Program-made: the position numbers and the translations under genes
Assembly (NCBI GenBank): GCA_038727135.1
Contig: JAVYWL010000003.1
Location: 96,001-160,000 of the forward strand
Source: Candidatus Bathyarchaeia archaeon
GTDB lineage: Archaea > Thermoproteota > Bathyarchaeia > Bathyarchaeales > Bathycorpusculaceae
Reading direction: 5' to 3'
DNA length: 64,000 nucleotides
The notes under the pieces: generated by a model
Told to the model about the DNA's origin: nothing
The model's database searches: none
The model's input: the letters and a program-made list of their open reading frames with translations, nothing else
Part shown: positions 29,151-37,569 of the stretch, piece after piece
Layout: each line of letters begins with the position of its first letter
Numbering within the stretch: the stretch's first letter is position 1

Positions 29151-29636
29151 TTGACGGGTATGCTGGTGAGTTCTCTACATCCCTATGTAGTTTTCCTTCC
29201 AGCAGAAGAAAAAGACCGCATACTAAGCGCAATTTTCGGCTCCAAGGCTTCCCTTGACATTTTAAGATTCTTCCTTAAAACCGGAATTTCGAACAAAGTT
29301 TACCAGAAAGACCTTGTTAAGGGGCTTTCCTACTCAAACAAGACTATAATTGGGAACTTGAAGGTTTTGACTAAGCTTGGAATCTTAACAGAGGACATGG
29401 AAAAGAAACAGCATGAAGGACGAATAGTGTGGGTTAAATCCTACAAGCTTTCAGATGCCGGAAAATGGTTCGCCCTTCTTTTGGCTGAGGAAAAGGAACT
29501 TTCAGACAAGGAAAAGGCAGAAATATTACAGAACATTTTCAGAAGCTACATAAAATGGGTAAAAAACCTATCGGAAAAACTCCACGTGGAAAAGGCCACA
29601 TTTAAAAGAATCTTTAGCGAAGAGATGGAAGGCTAG
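29151..29636 (+). CDS. Winged-helix transcription regulator
   Basis: IFGSKASLDIL...SNKTIIGNLKVLTKLGIL...YKLSDAG. Confidence 0.65.
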   Translation: MTGMLVSSLHPYVVFLPAEEKDRILSAIFGSKASLDILRFFLKTGISNKVYQKDLVKGLSYSNKTIIGNLKVLTKLGILTEDMEKKQHEGRIVWVKSYKLSDAGKWFALLLAEEKELSDKEKAEILQNIFRSYIKWVKNLSEKLHVEKATFKRIFSEEMEG

Positions 29637-29647
29637 AAGGTGCAAAA

Positions 29648-30190
29648 TTGAAAACCAAGGTCGCAGTCATAGCCGTATTGGGAGGCAAAGAGTCAGGCAA
29701 AACAACGACAATAGAAGCCTTAACAAGGGAGCTAACCCGCCGAGGCTACAAAGTTGCAGCCATAAAACACATTCCAGAGAAAGACTTTACAATCGACACA
29801 AGGGGCAAGGACACTTGGAGATTCGCCGAAGCCGGAGCAAAAACAGTGGTCGGCATCTCGCCAAAAGAAGTGGCCACTATAGAAAAGGGCAGCGCGAACA
29901 ATTTTTCCCTAGAAGCCATAATAGAAAAATGCCAAGACAATGACATAATCCTAATTGAAGGTTTCAGAAAAATTTTGGGCAAAAACTCCAATATACCAAA
30001 AATAGTGGCGGTAAAATCTGAAGAGGAGGCTGCTGAAGCCCTAAAAGCCTATAAGCCCATAATAGCCTTTACAGGACCCTACTCGCCGATGATAAAAGAC
30101 TTGCCGGCTCCATACTTTGATGTTTTTAGGGAGCAAGCCGAACTTGCGGAGCTTGTGGAAAAAATTATAAGGGAAAAAAGAGGTTTTTGA
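29648..30190 (+). CDS. mobB: Molybdopterin-guanine dinucleotide biosynthesis protein B
   Basis: GGKESGKTT, AAIKH, GKDTWRF, LIEGF. Confidence 0.9.
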   Translation: MKTKVAVIAVLGGKESGKTTTIEALTRELTRRGYKVAAIKHIPEKDFTIDTRGKDTWRFAEAGAKTVVGISPKEVATIEKGSANNFSLEAIIEKCQDNDIILIEGFRKILGKNSNIPKIVAVKSEEEAAEALKAYKPIIAFTGPYSPMIKDLPAPYFDVFREQAELAELVEKIIREKRGF

Positions 30191-30318
30191 AGTAGCCCCT
30201 TTACGGAGCGCCCATGTTTATTTGTGGGGTTTGGAGATTCCGAGGGGAGAAGGGGGAGAAAGGAGAGATTTTCAAAAATAGAAGTGGTTTCTCCAAACCT
30301 TTCCACTTTTGGGCGTTC

Positions 30319-31488
30319 CTATAGGGCTTTAAAGGCTTCAAACCATCTGTTGTATAGGGCTAGCATGTCAAGGGAGACGCTTGGCTTTCTCTCTTCAAGA
30401 ATCTGTCTAAAATCGCTCATCCGCAGGGGCCTTGGCTTGGCAAGCTTGTTTGATGCTTGACCAGACTCGAAGAATTCGCCTATAACTTTTAGGTGGGCTG
30501 CTTGGCAGACGTCTTTTATGTCGCTTCCTGAAAAGCCTTCTGAAAGCCTAGCCAACTCGTGCAAATCCACATCTGGAGCCAAGAGCAAATTGCTCGTGTA
30601 ATGCTTAAACATCATTAGGCGGGCGTGGTGGTCTGGAAGTGGCACAAGGATACGCTTTTGGAAACGCCTAATAAAGGGCCAGTCCAAATCCCAAGGCTTA
30701 TTTGTGGCGCCAATAACATAAACGTGAATGTTCTTTCCCTTATCTATTATGCCGTCCATCTCCTTCAAGAATTGATTTCGCACTCGAACTTCGCCGCCAA
30801 CCTCGTTGGAATGCTTACCCATCAGAGAGTCTAACTCATCAATGAAGATTATAGCTGGCTTCTTATCCTCCAAAGCAGACTTCCTAGCAGACTCAAATAA
30901 GCGGGCAACATTCTGCTCAGCCTCACCCAGCCACTTAGACATTATTGAGGCGGCATCCACAGAAATAAAGACGGCGTCAATCTCTGTTGCAGCGGCGGCA
31001 GCCAACAAAGTTTTGCCACACCCGGGTGGCCCAAATAGAAGTATGCCCCTAGGCCACCCAAGTGGGAAAAGGTCTGGTCTCTGAACCGGGTAGATTATGG
31101 CTTCCTTTATGGCTTTCTTTGCAGTGTCAAGTCCAATAACCTCGTCCCATTTCACATTTGGCTTTTCCTTAACAATTAGGTCTTCATAACTAGCCTTCCT
31201 CTCCTCGCCCACCTTTCCTCCTTCAACACCTTTAGCTTCTTCCGCCCTTGGCTCTGCTGGACCAACAGCGCCCTGCAGCACTTTAATTCTCTCTTGATAG
31301 GCTATGGCCCTTTGAATGTAAACCTTGTTTAAGCTGTAATCCGGATAAAGCTGAACAAGCTTCAGAAGGGTTTCTATAGCCTTCTGATACATGGTTATGG
31401 CCATGCCTCTGGCTCCCTGCTTGTCTAGGCGGACAGCCTCTAATGCATAGTTTGTTGCAGCCTTTTCCAGTTCCTGCGAAGCTTCCAT
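30319..31488 (-). CDS. cdvC: Vps4-like AAA+ ATPase with MIT domain
   Basis: N-terminal MIT helices; GPPGCGKT, SKWLGE, FIDELD, ATNKPW, RRF. Confidence 0.93.
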   Translation of the reverse strand: MEASQELEKAATNYALEAVRLDKQGARGMAITMYQKAIETLLKLVQLYPDYSLNKVYIQRAIAYQERIKVLQGAVGPAEPRAEEAKGVEGGKVGEERKASYEDLIVKEKPNVKWDEVIGLDTAKKAIKEAIIYPVQRPDLFPLGWPRGILLFGPPGCGKTLLAAAAATEIDAVFISVDAASIMSKWLGEAEQNVARLFESARKSALEDKKPAIIFIDELDSLMGKHSNEVGGEVRVRNQFLKEMDGIIDKGKNIHVYVIGATNKPWDLDWPFIRRFQKRILVPLPDHHARLMMFKHYTSNLLLAPDVDLHELARLSEGFSGSDIKDVCQAAHLKVIGEFFESGQASNKLAKPRPLRMSDFRQILEERKPSVSLDMLALYNRWFEAFKAL

Positions 31489-31495
31489 AAGGAGT

Positions 31496-32413
31496 TCACC
31501 TTCTAGCTTCGATCTTTATCTTACCTTTAGCCCCAAGACTTTGGAGGGCTTTTTCAATATCTTCGTATGAGGCGCCCAACTCCCGAGAGCAGCGGGTCAA
31601 GTCTATTTCGCCTCCACTTTTCCGAACATATTCTAGGAGGGCGTCTTCAAGCGTCGGCTTTCCAACTCGGAGCGAAATCTCTTGGATTTCAGCCTTTCTG
31701 AAGGAGATGAGGTTTTGGGAGCTGCTCCCTTCGGCTTCAACTGTTTCGCCGCCAACAGACTGGGAGCATGATGCAGCTAGGGCAACCATCTGCTTAATCT
31801 GGGCTTGGGCAGGCTCAAGTTTTGCCTCCAGCTTTGGCGCTGGTGCTTCCTCCTGCATAGCGGGCGGTTCAGGAAGCTTCTCAGCCAACCTCCTCTCCAA
31901 GAAACTTGAAACTTCTTTCAGAATTTGTTCTCCGGCTGGTGTAACTCTGTCAACTGGGATTATTACCTCATCTGCTGATATTCGTGTAGAATAAATTGTT
32001 TCTCCTATAACGTCGTTGATTTCGCTAAGCTCTGAGGAAACCTCTGGTAAAACATCAAAGAGCTGTTTTGAGACGCTTTGGAGAGTTCTCAAGGCGGGTT
32101 TTAGGTCTATGACTATGTCGCTTAGCTCTTTCACCGTTTCGAGGCGGAGGATAACCCTTTCAATGGCAAGCTCCACCTGCTGGAGAAAATTAATTAGCTT
32201 TCGAACTTCGGCTAGCTCGTTTGCACATATTGCGGCCCTTTCCTTGTTGTTGGCTCTTAGTGCTGTTACGCATGTCTGGAATAGGTTTTTGTCTCTTTCC
32301 TTCAGCCTCAGTGATGCTTGAACCACTTTATGTTGTTGGATTCGCAGTTTATGCACAGACTTGATTATAACTTCTCGTAGTGGTGGAGGGGTTTGGGTGA
32401 AAGGGTTTTTTAT
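31496..32413 (-). CDS. cdvB: ESCRT-III protein with C-terminal winged-helix domain; probable ATA start at 32413
   Basis: AAICANELAEVRK, ERVILRLET, LPEPP (MIM2-like) and a C-terminal wH domain. Confidence 0.88.
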   Translation of the reverse strand: MKNPFTQTPPPLREVIIKSVHKLRIQQHKVVQASLRLKERDKNLFQTCVTALRANNKERAAICANELAEVRKLINFLQQVELAIERVILRLETVKELSDIVIDLKPALRTLQSVSKQLFDVLPEVSSELSEINDVIGETIYSTRISADEVIIPVDRVTPAGEQILKEVSSFLERRLAEKLPEPPAMQEEAPAPKLEAKLEPAQAQIKQMVALAASCSQSVGGETVEAEGSSSQNLISFRKAEIQEISLRVGKPTLEDALLEYVRKSGGEIDLTRCSRELGASYEDIEKALQSLGAKGKIKIEARR

Positions 32414-32443
32414 TTTTGCTCCCTCCGCCCGCTACGCAGAAGC

Positions 32444-33169
32444 CTATATCCCGGACTCGCCTGCTTCTTTCACGTAAACTATGACTGGGGGTTCTGGGAG
32501 ACTTGGAGACGGGGGAGTTGGGGCTTCAACATGCTCTTCTTCGGTAACAGTTTTCGATGGCGCCTCTCCCAATAGAATGTTTGAAAGCTTGTTTTTCATG
32601 CTTTCAAGGTCTGCCTTTTCTAAGTTTGCCCGTTTTAGGCATTCCTGAATTGTTGCAAACGCCGCTTGATAAGATTGGTCGTCAACCTCGCCTATCTCGT
32701 GCTCCACTTCTAAGTGAACAAGCGCATAATTTAGCTCCCTAATCTCCTGGTTGCATCTTTCAATTTCTTTATCAATCCTTTCAAGCAAGGCTTGAGCTTC
32801 GCTTTTAAGCTGGTTTAGGGCGCCTTCAAAACTCTTATGTAGGTCTTCATAAACTTCTTGGGAAATCTTCTTTTTCTCAAGAAGCTCTTTTAGAGCTTGG
32901 TCTTTGCGCCATATAAGCGGAATCTGGTCGCAGAAAACCGCAGTATCATATTTAACTTTTGAAAGGAAAATTACTTCTGAACCTTCAACCTTTATTGTCC
33001 CAGCGGGATACTTAACGAAGCGCCCATCACTGTGCCTTATATAAACGGCGTCCACTCCACCGTGAGGCTTTACAGCTAGGGATGCCACCTCGCCTATTGG
33101 GCGTCCATACTCGTCTTTAATGACTTTGCCGAGGGACAAAAAAAGATTGGGATCTTGTGGCATGTACAC
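32444..33169 (-). CDS. cdvA: Cell division protein CdvA
   Basis: GKVIKDEYGRPIG PRC-barrel start, coiled coil, C-terminal PVIVYV; operon context. Confidence 0.88.
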   Translation of the reverse strand: MYMPQDPNLFLSLGKVIKDEYGRPIGEVASLAVKPHGGVDAVYIRHSDGRFVKYPAGTIKVEGSEVIFLSKVKYDTAVFCDQIPLIWRKDQALKELLEKKKISQEVYEDLHKSFEGALNQLKSEAQALLERIDKEIERCNQEIRELNYALVHLEVEHEIGEVDDQSYQAAFATIQECLKRANLEKADLESMKNKLSNILLGEAPSKTVTEEEHVEAPTPPSPSLPEPPVIVYVKEAGESGI

Positions 33170-33184
33170 TCCTCCATTATGTTA

Positions 33185-33847
33185 TTAAGATGTTTCTGTT
33201 GTGGATTTTTCTGGAAGCGGCACTTGCGGGATCCCTGCCGGAAGCTCTGGGAACTTCTCCTTAATTTTCTGTTCAGCCACAGCTGCAGCCTCAGTAAGTA
33301 TTTTTTGGGCGTCTTCGTTAGCTGTTTCAAAGTTTATGGATAATCCTGTGCTTTGTCCAGCCTCAACTATTATTCCACTTAAAAGGTTGCCTATCTGCCC
33401 CAACTCCCTCTCCGCTTCTGGGAAGATGTTAGCCATTCCAGTTTTTACAGCTCTTAGCACGCTTACTGCAGGTCCAAGAGTTGAAACAACGTCTCCAAGC
33501 TCTGATACTGTGCGTAATCTTAAGACTATTTGTTCAAGGGCAAGCCTAGCCTGCATAATCATCTTTTCCATCTTTCTTATCTCAGCCAACTCGTTGGCAA
33601 AGACATTTGCCCGTGCCATGTCATGCTTTGTGTAAGCATCGACAATTCTTGCAAATATTGACTTGTCTCTCTGGCTGAACCTCTCACTTGCTTGGTCTAA
33701 CTTCTGTATTTGGAGTTCTATGCGGCGGACAGCCATGTCAAGCCTCGGCTTCAACGGACCCGGCGGCCTGACAGCTTCTTTGATGCGCTCTGTTAGTGGT
33801 TGCTCGTCGCGCCTCTCATCCCATCTTCTACTAAACTTTTCGGACAA
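33185..33847 (-). CDS. ESCRT-III (Snf7 family) CdvB paralog; TTG start after GGAGG
   Basis: ANVFANELAEIRK, LEQIVLRLRTV, EDAQKILTEA, FPELP. Confidence 0.9.
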   Translation of the reverse strand: MSEKFSRRWDERRDEQPLTERIKEAVRPPGPLKPRLDMAVRRIELQIQKLDQASERFSQRDKSIFARIVDAYTKHDMARANVFANELAEIRKMEKMIMQARLALEQIVLRLRTVSELGDVVSTLGPAVSVLRAVKTGMANIFPEAERELGQIGNLLSGIIVEAGQSTGLSINFETANEDAQKILTEAAAVAEQKIKEKFPELPAGIPQVPLPEKSTTETS

Positions 33848-34067
33848 GCTTGATTCCTCCAAGAAGAGGCTTAAGGGGCTTGGCAAATCTTTATACATTC
33901 TTAATATGCCCGCATTATCCATGTATATATGTAGAGCTATATGTGCCAGCTGAAACCTTTTTGAGCTTTAATTTTCCAGTGAAAAGAACTCCTTGCCGCT
34001 TTCTCTGAAATAGACAAAAAAGTGTAAGTTAGACTAAAAAGAGGCTTATAATTCAATTCTAGGCTAG

Positions 34068-34295
34068 GTGGAAAAGATGGGCGAAAGATTAAAGGTATTC
34101 CTGTTTGTCGCCATACTGGGATTCATCGCCGGAGTCATAGCTGAACTAACAATTGAATACGTAGTCCCAGCGCTTGCAGCTATACTGCCAGCCATCTTCA
34201 GCGCAAAATACATACTATCGGGACTCGCAGGCGCCTTTCTAACACTCATAATCGTTAGCATATGGGCATACATCACAGGACCAAAAGAACCATAA
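34068..34295 (+). CDS. Small membrane protein, divergent from the cdv operon
   Basis: Two to three hydrophobic helices. Confidence 0.65.
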   Translation: MEKMGERLKVFLFVAILGFIAGVIAELTIEYVVPALAAILPAIFSAKYILSGLAGAFLTLIIVSIWAYITGPKEP

Positions 34296-34361
34296 CTTTC
34301 GAGCTTCCGTTCACCTTTTTACCCTTCCTTCAACGAATTGTTAGTTGATTGTATGGCTTTC

Positions 34362-34423
34362 ATTTTGGACTCAGGAGCGGAAAAAACAATCATCAGTTCA
34401 GCGTACCTCGATGTCATCATCGT
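34362..34423 (-). ncRNA. Box C/D guide sRNA body (promoter and 5' stem displaced to 38788-38830 by the inserted element)
   Basis: ATGATGA(C)-CATCGAGGTACG-CTGA(D')-AC-TGATGA(C')-TTGTTTTTTCCGCTC-CTGA(D)-GTCCAAAAT. The D' guide is complementary to the 23S motif ACCUCGAUG. Confidence 0.85.
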
Positions 34424-34535
34424 ACCGTGAAGATATTTCCCACCAAAACCTAAAAACCTATCGCAAACCCAAACAAAACATAACCACAACATCAAAAACA
34501 ACACCAACCTTCACCAAACCAGAAAAATGGGGGTT

Positions 34536-34853
34536 TTAAGCTGTGGGATATGCTGGAGCATAGAGGCTCCTATTGCTGTTTACGCATTTAACCCTCTGGT
34601 CTGCTGGCAAAACGCAACCCTCAAGCCTAACACCGTCAAAGTTTACACATGTAACACAAGCCTTCTCCCTGACAAGCCTAGAAACATGCCTCTTTAAGGC
34701 TTCCAAAAGCTCAAACACCTGCTGAGGCTTCAAAGATACATCAACGCCATGCCAAACATTCTCCTTATCGCTGTACTCAACGGCTAAAAGCTGAAGGTCT
34801 AAGCCGACGCTCTCAATGTAAAGCCTTCCAATACGAACAACCTCTTTAACCAT
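34536..34853 (-). CDS. Element-encoded hypothetical protein with Cys cluster
   Basis: ORF with upstream GGTGG RBS; CVTC...C...C. Confidence 0.65.
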   Translation of the reverse strand: MVKEVVRIGRLYIESVGLDLQLLAVEYSDKENVWHGVDVSLKPQQVFELLEALKRHVSRLVREKACVTCVNFDGVRLEGCVLPADQRVKCVNSNRSLYAPAYPTA

Positions 34854-34896
34854 CTTTTTCCACCAAGTAGAATATTCTCCACAGTAGTATATAAAC

Positions 34897-34915
34897 TTTT
34901 CTACCTAGTAGAAAA
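34897..34915. promoter_or_regulatory. Inverted-repeat operator between divergent TATA-like boxes
   Basis: TTTTCTAC-CTA-GTAGAAAA is a perfect 8-bp inverted repeat; extra AGTAG/CTACT half-sites lie nearby. Confidence 0.55.
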
Positions 34916-34958
34916 ATATAAATATTCCAATCCATCTACTTCAAAATAGGAGAAAACC

Positions 34959-35111
34959 ATGAAAAGCATAAAAGTTGAAGATGATATTTACGTAGAACTT
35001 CTAAAACTAAAAGCATCCCTAACAGCCAAAGACGGCAAAACAAGAACCTTCACACAAGCCATAAAAGAACTTATCGAACACTACAAAAAACACCAAAAAG
35101 AGGAAAAATGA
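34959..35111 (+). CDS. 50-aa ribbon-helix-helix (CopG/VapB-like) protein (not in the ORF track)
   Basis: MKSIKVEDDIYVELLKLKASLTAKDGKTRTFTQAIKELIEHYKKHQKEEK; AGGAG RBS. Confidence 0.75.
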   Translation: MKSIKVEDDIYVELLKLKASLTAKDGKTRTFTQAIKELIEHYKKHQKEEK

Positions 35112-35115
35112 AACC

Positions 35116-35298
35116 ATGAGCTTCCCTGAAGGCATACTATGGGGAATAGGCTACAAGGAAGCAACCCAACACCTAAAACGTAAACCCAAAGTCATCTGCC
35201 ACAACTGCGGACACATCTACTATGCAAAGCTTGACAAATGTCCAAAATGCCACCATCCAAATGAAGACAAAAACCAACCCGCCTATTGGATAACCTAA
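35116..35298 (+). CDS. Small zinc-ribbon protein
   Basis: CHNC...CPKC; starts 4 nt after the RHH stop; GAGG RBS. Confidence 0.65.
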   Translation: MSFPEGILWGIGYKEATQHLKRKPKVICHNCGHIYYAKLDKCPKCHHPNEDKNQPAYWIT

Positions 35299-35446
35299 CA
35301 AACCCAACCTAGACCAAACCACAACAAAAACCCACAACCTTTTCCCACATTAAACAAGGAAACAAAAACACCACCAAACCACACACCCAAAAACCAAAAA
35401 CAACCACAAACCAAACAAAAAGAAACCACACCACAACCCAGTGTAC

Positions 35447-35494
35447 TATCTCTACACATATATACTTAAATTTAAGTATATATGTGTAGAGATA
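35447..35494. repeat. Perfect 48-bp palindrome inside an imperfect inverted repeat of about 200 bp
   Basis: TATCTCTACACATATATACTTAAA|TTTAAGTATATATGTGTAGAGATA. Confidence 0.97.
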
Positions 35495-35708
35495 CTCTAT
35501 TTCGATGTAGTTTTGGTTCATGTTGTTGTGGTTTGGGTTTTGGTTGTGGTTTTGTGGTTTTTTGTTGGTTTGGTGGGGGGTTATGTAGGCTGATTGTTTC
35601 TGTATTGGATATTACGCTTTCATTAACTTTGGTGAAGGTTGGTTGGGTGGGGCTGTTTTGTGTGGGTTGGGTTGCTTGATTTGTTCAAGTAGCTGGAGCT
35701 TGAAATGT

Positions 35709-36179
35709 TCAAGTTGGGGGTTTGGGTTGTTTTAGGGTTTGGTATTCGCTTCTTAGTGTGTCTAGGTTTTGGAAGGTGTTGAGGATGAGTAGTTCGAGTT
35801 TGCTTATGATGTTTGGGTCTAGTTTGCGGGGTTCTGCGTAAACCTTTTCGTAGTAGTCGAGGATGAGGTCTATGCGTTGTTGGATTTGTTCTGGTTTGTC
35901 CCATTTTAGGCGGTTGACACAGTATTCGAATATGTCATGCATGGTTTTGAAGACGAAGCCTACGTATGTGGTTATTAGGTAGCTTCTGCCTTCGAGGCTT
36001 CCTAAGAGGTCTAAAGTGGAATAATGTAGGTAATGTTTAACATATTCTCGAAAACTTCTTGCTTTTTGGATGGCTTCTTGTCTTCTTAGAAGGCTGTATT
36101 GAACATAGTATTCTTTCAGTTTTTGGGCTGTGAGCTCGTTTAGCCTATGCAGGTCTTCAGGTTTAATCTCTCTATACAT
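35709..36179 (-). CDS. Element-encoded hypothetical helical protein
   Basis: 156-aa ORF with TATA-like TTTAAATA upstream. Confidence 0.65.
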   Translation of the reverse strand: MYREIKPEDLHRLNELTAQKLKEYYVQYSLLRRQEAIQKARSFREYVKHYLHYSTLDLLGSLEGRSYLITTYVGFVFKTMHDIFEYCVNRLKWDKPEQIQQRIDLILDYYEKVYAEPRKLDPNIISKLELLILNTFQNLDTLRSEYQTLKQPKPPT

Positions 36180-36285
36180 ATGCGAAAAAGTTTAAACTCT
36201 GATATTTAAAGTTTATATTTGCCTATATATCTTTAAACATTACTAAAGAGAATATAGGTTTAAGCATGGGGGAACGTCTCAGGGG

Positions 36286-36510
36286 ATGGCTGTAAGCTCG
36301 ACAATTCCAAAACATATGTTGAAAAGGTTGCTCCTCGACAAGCTTAAAAGCCTAGAAAAGAGGGTTTGCTTCATGTGTAGTTTTCAAAACGCCAGAAGCC
36401 CAATAACCAGAAGGCTTGCATGTAGAAAATGCGAGGTTAAAAAGGGCTTCAGAGAAGTTAGAAAACTGATTTACCAAACTTACCATTTAAGGTCTAAACA
36501 AAAACGGTGA
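36286..36510 (+). CDS. Element-encoded small basic Zn-binding protein
   Basis: CFMC...CRKC. Confidence 0.55.
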   Translation: MAVSSTIPKHMLKRLLLDKLKSLEKRVCFMCSFQNARSPITRRLACRKCEVKKGFREVRKLIYQTYHLRSKQKR

Positions 36511-36775
36511 GCCTCTTCTCCCAAATAAAATTTGGACAGTTAATGCATTTAACCTTAAACATGCATGAAGGATTAACCTCACGAACCATTGGAAGATTGA
36601 TATAGCGTCTTTTCAAAGTGCAATATGGCATCGACCTACCCCTCTCAACCATAACAACTAAAGTGTAGCCTCGACGTCTTCCACCACCACCCCTAAACAC
36701 CCTCCTAGAAGCTCGATAAACATCACCCACAAGCTCCTCCAAAACCCTAACCTCAGGCAAACCAACAACCCCCAA
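36494..36775 (-). CDS. Element-encoded small basic Cys-containing protein
   Basis: YCTLKRR...C...CINC; follows the 36786 gene. Confidence 0.5.
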   Translation of the reverse strand: MGVVGLPEVRVLEELVGDVYRASRRVFRGGGGRRRGYTLVVMVERGRSMPYCTLKRRYINLPMVREVNPSCMFKVKCINCPNFIWEKRLTVFV

Positions 36776-36785
36776 AAGTTATTTT

Positions 36786-37388
36786 TTAACGGTCACCCTC
36801 CTCAGACAACTTCAAAGTAAACTCACGGCATTTCAAATTCGGGCACCCAAAACAATCGTTCAGGGGTAACCTCTCCAAAGCGACATGCTCATTTCTCAGA
36901 CCACAATACCAGCTCCCCCCACCCAATACAACAACATTCTTACTATAACGCCTAGGCCGACTCTGAACGTATTGCTCAAATCTCACTTCATCAACCTTAA
37001 TAGGCGACTCAATTAACCGCCTCAAAGTATTGCCGTAAGCATGCTTTTCTAATGTTGTTTTTAGCACGTGTAATGCCATGTATTTTTGGAGGATTTTGCA
37101 AGCAGACTCTTTTTTTTCCTTAACAACCAAATTGAAGGCTTTTCTAAGGTTTTCTGGACAATCAAAGCTTACATGAACGATTTTTCCGCCAAACAAGTCT
37201 TTAAAATGCTCCTCGAAAAGTCCATCAAAAAGCATGCTAAAAGCACTACTTTGATCCGTTTGTTTGTTACGTTTTCTGGTTTTGGCTTTGGCGTGATTGA
37301 TTACTCTTATCGTCTCATGTATTGCGATAATGTATTTAGCTCGATTGTTACAAAAAGATTTATAAGGGTTTAATAGGTTCTTGTACAT
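36786..37388 (-). CDS. Element-encoded protein with RHH-like segment and C-terminal Zn finger
   Basis: VHVSFDCPENLRKAFNLVVKEKKESACKILQKYM; WYC...CFGCPNLKC. Confidence 0.6.
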   Translation of the reverse strand: MYKNLLNPYKSFCNNRAKYIIAIHETIRVINHAKAKTRKRNKQTDQSSAFSMLFDGLFEEHFKDLFGGKIVHVSFDCPENLRKAFNLVVKEKKESACKILQKYMALHVLKTTLEKHAYGNTLRRLIESPIKVDEVRFEQYVQSRPRRYSKNVVVLGGGSWYCGLRNEHVALERLPLNDCFGCPNLKCREFTLKLSEEGDR

Positions 37389-37569
37389 GTGGGGACGCCA
37401 CCCCTTTTTTCAGAGTTTTTATTATGTATTTGAATTTTTAAAGTTTTTGGGTTTTTTGGGTTTCTTTTGTGGTTTTGGGTTTTTAATGGGTTTATAGTTG
37501 CATAATAGGATAGTAATATGGTAGTTTTTTGAAAATAACCGCTTTTCTGGCTTATTACATGTGTAAGTT

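Noticed and set aside
33971-33985. Mini-ORB-like TTCCAGTGAAAA upstream of the cdv operon
   Set aside because: It is a single imperfect copy with no G-string or paired ORB.
34319-34539. ORFs 34319-34507 and 34345-34539
   Set aside because: They cross the att junction, the C/D sRNA and low-complexity sequence, so they are likely spurious.
35309-35904. ORFs 35309-35521, 35482-35679 and 35623-35904
   Set aside because: These are low-complexity translations of AC/GT-skewed DNA, the palindrome, or an alternate frame of the 35709 gene.
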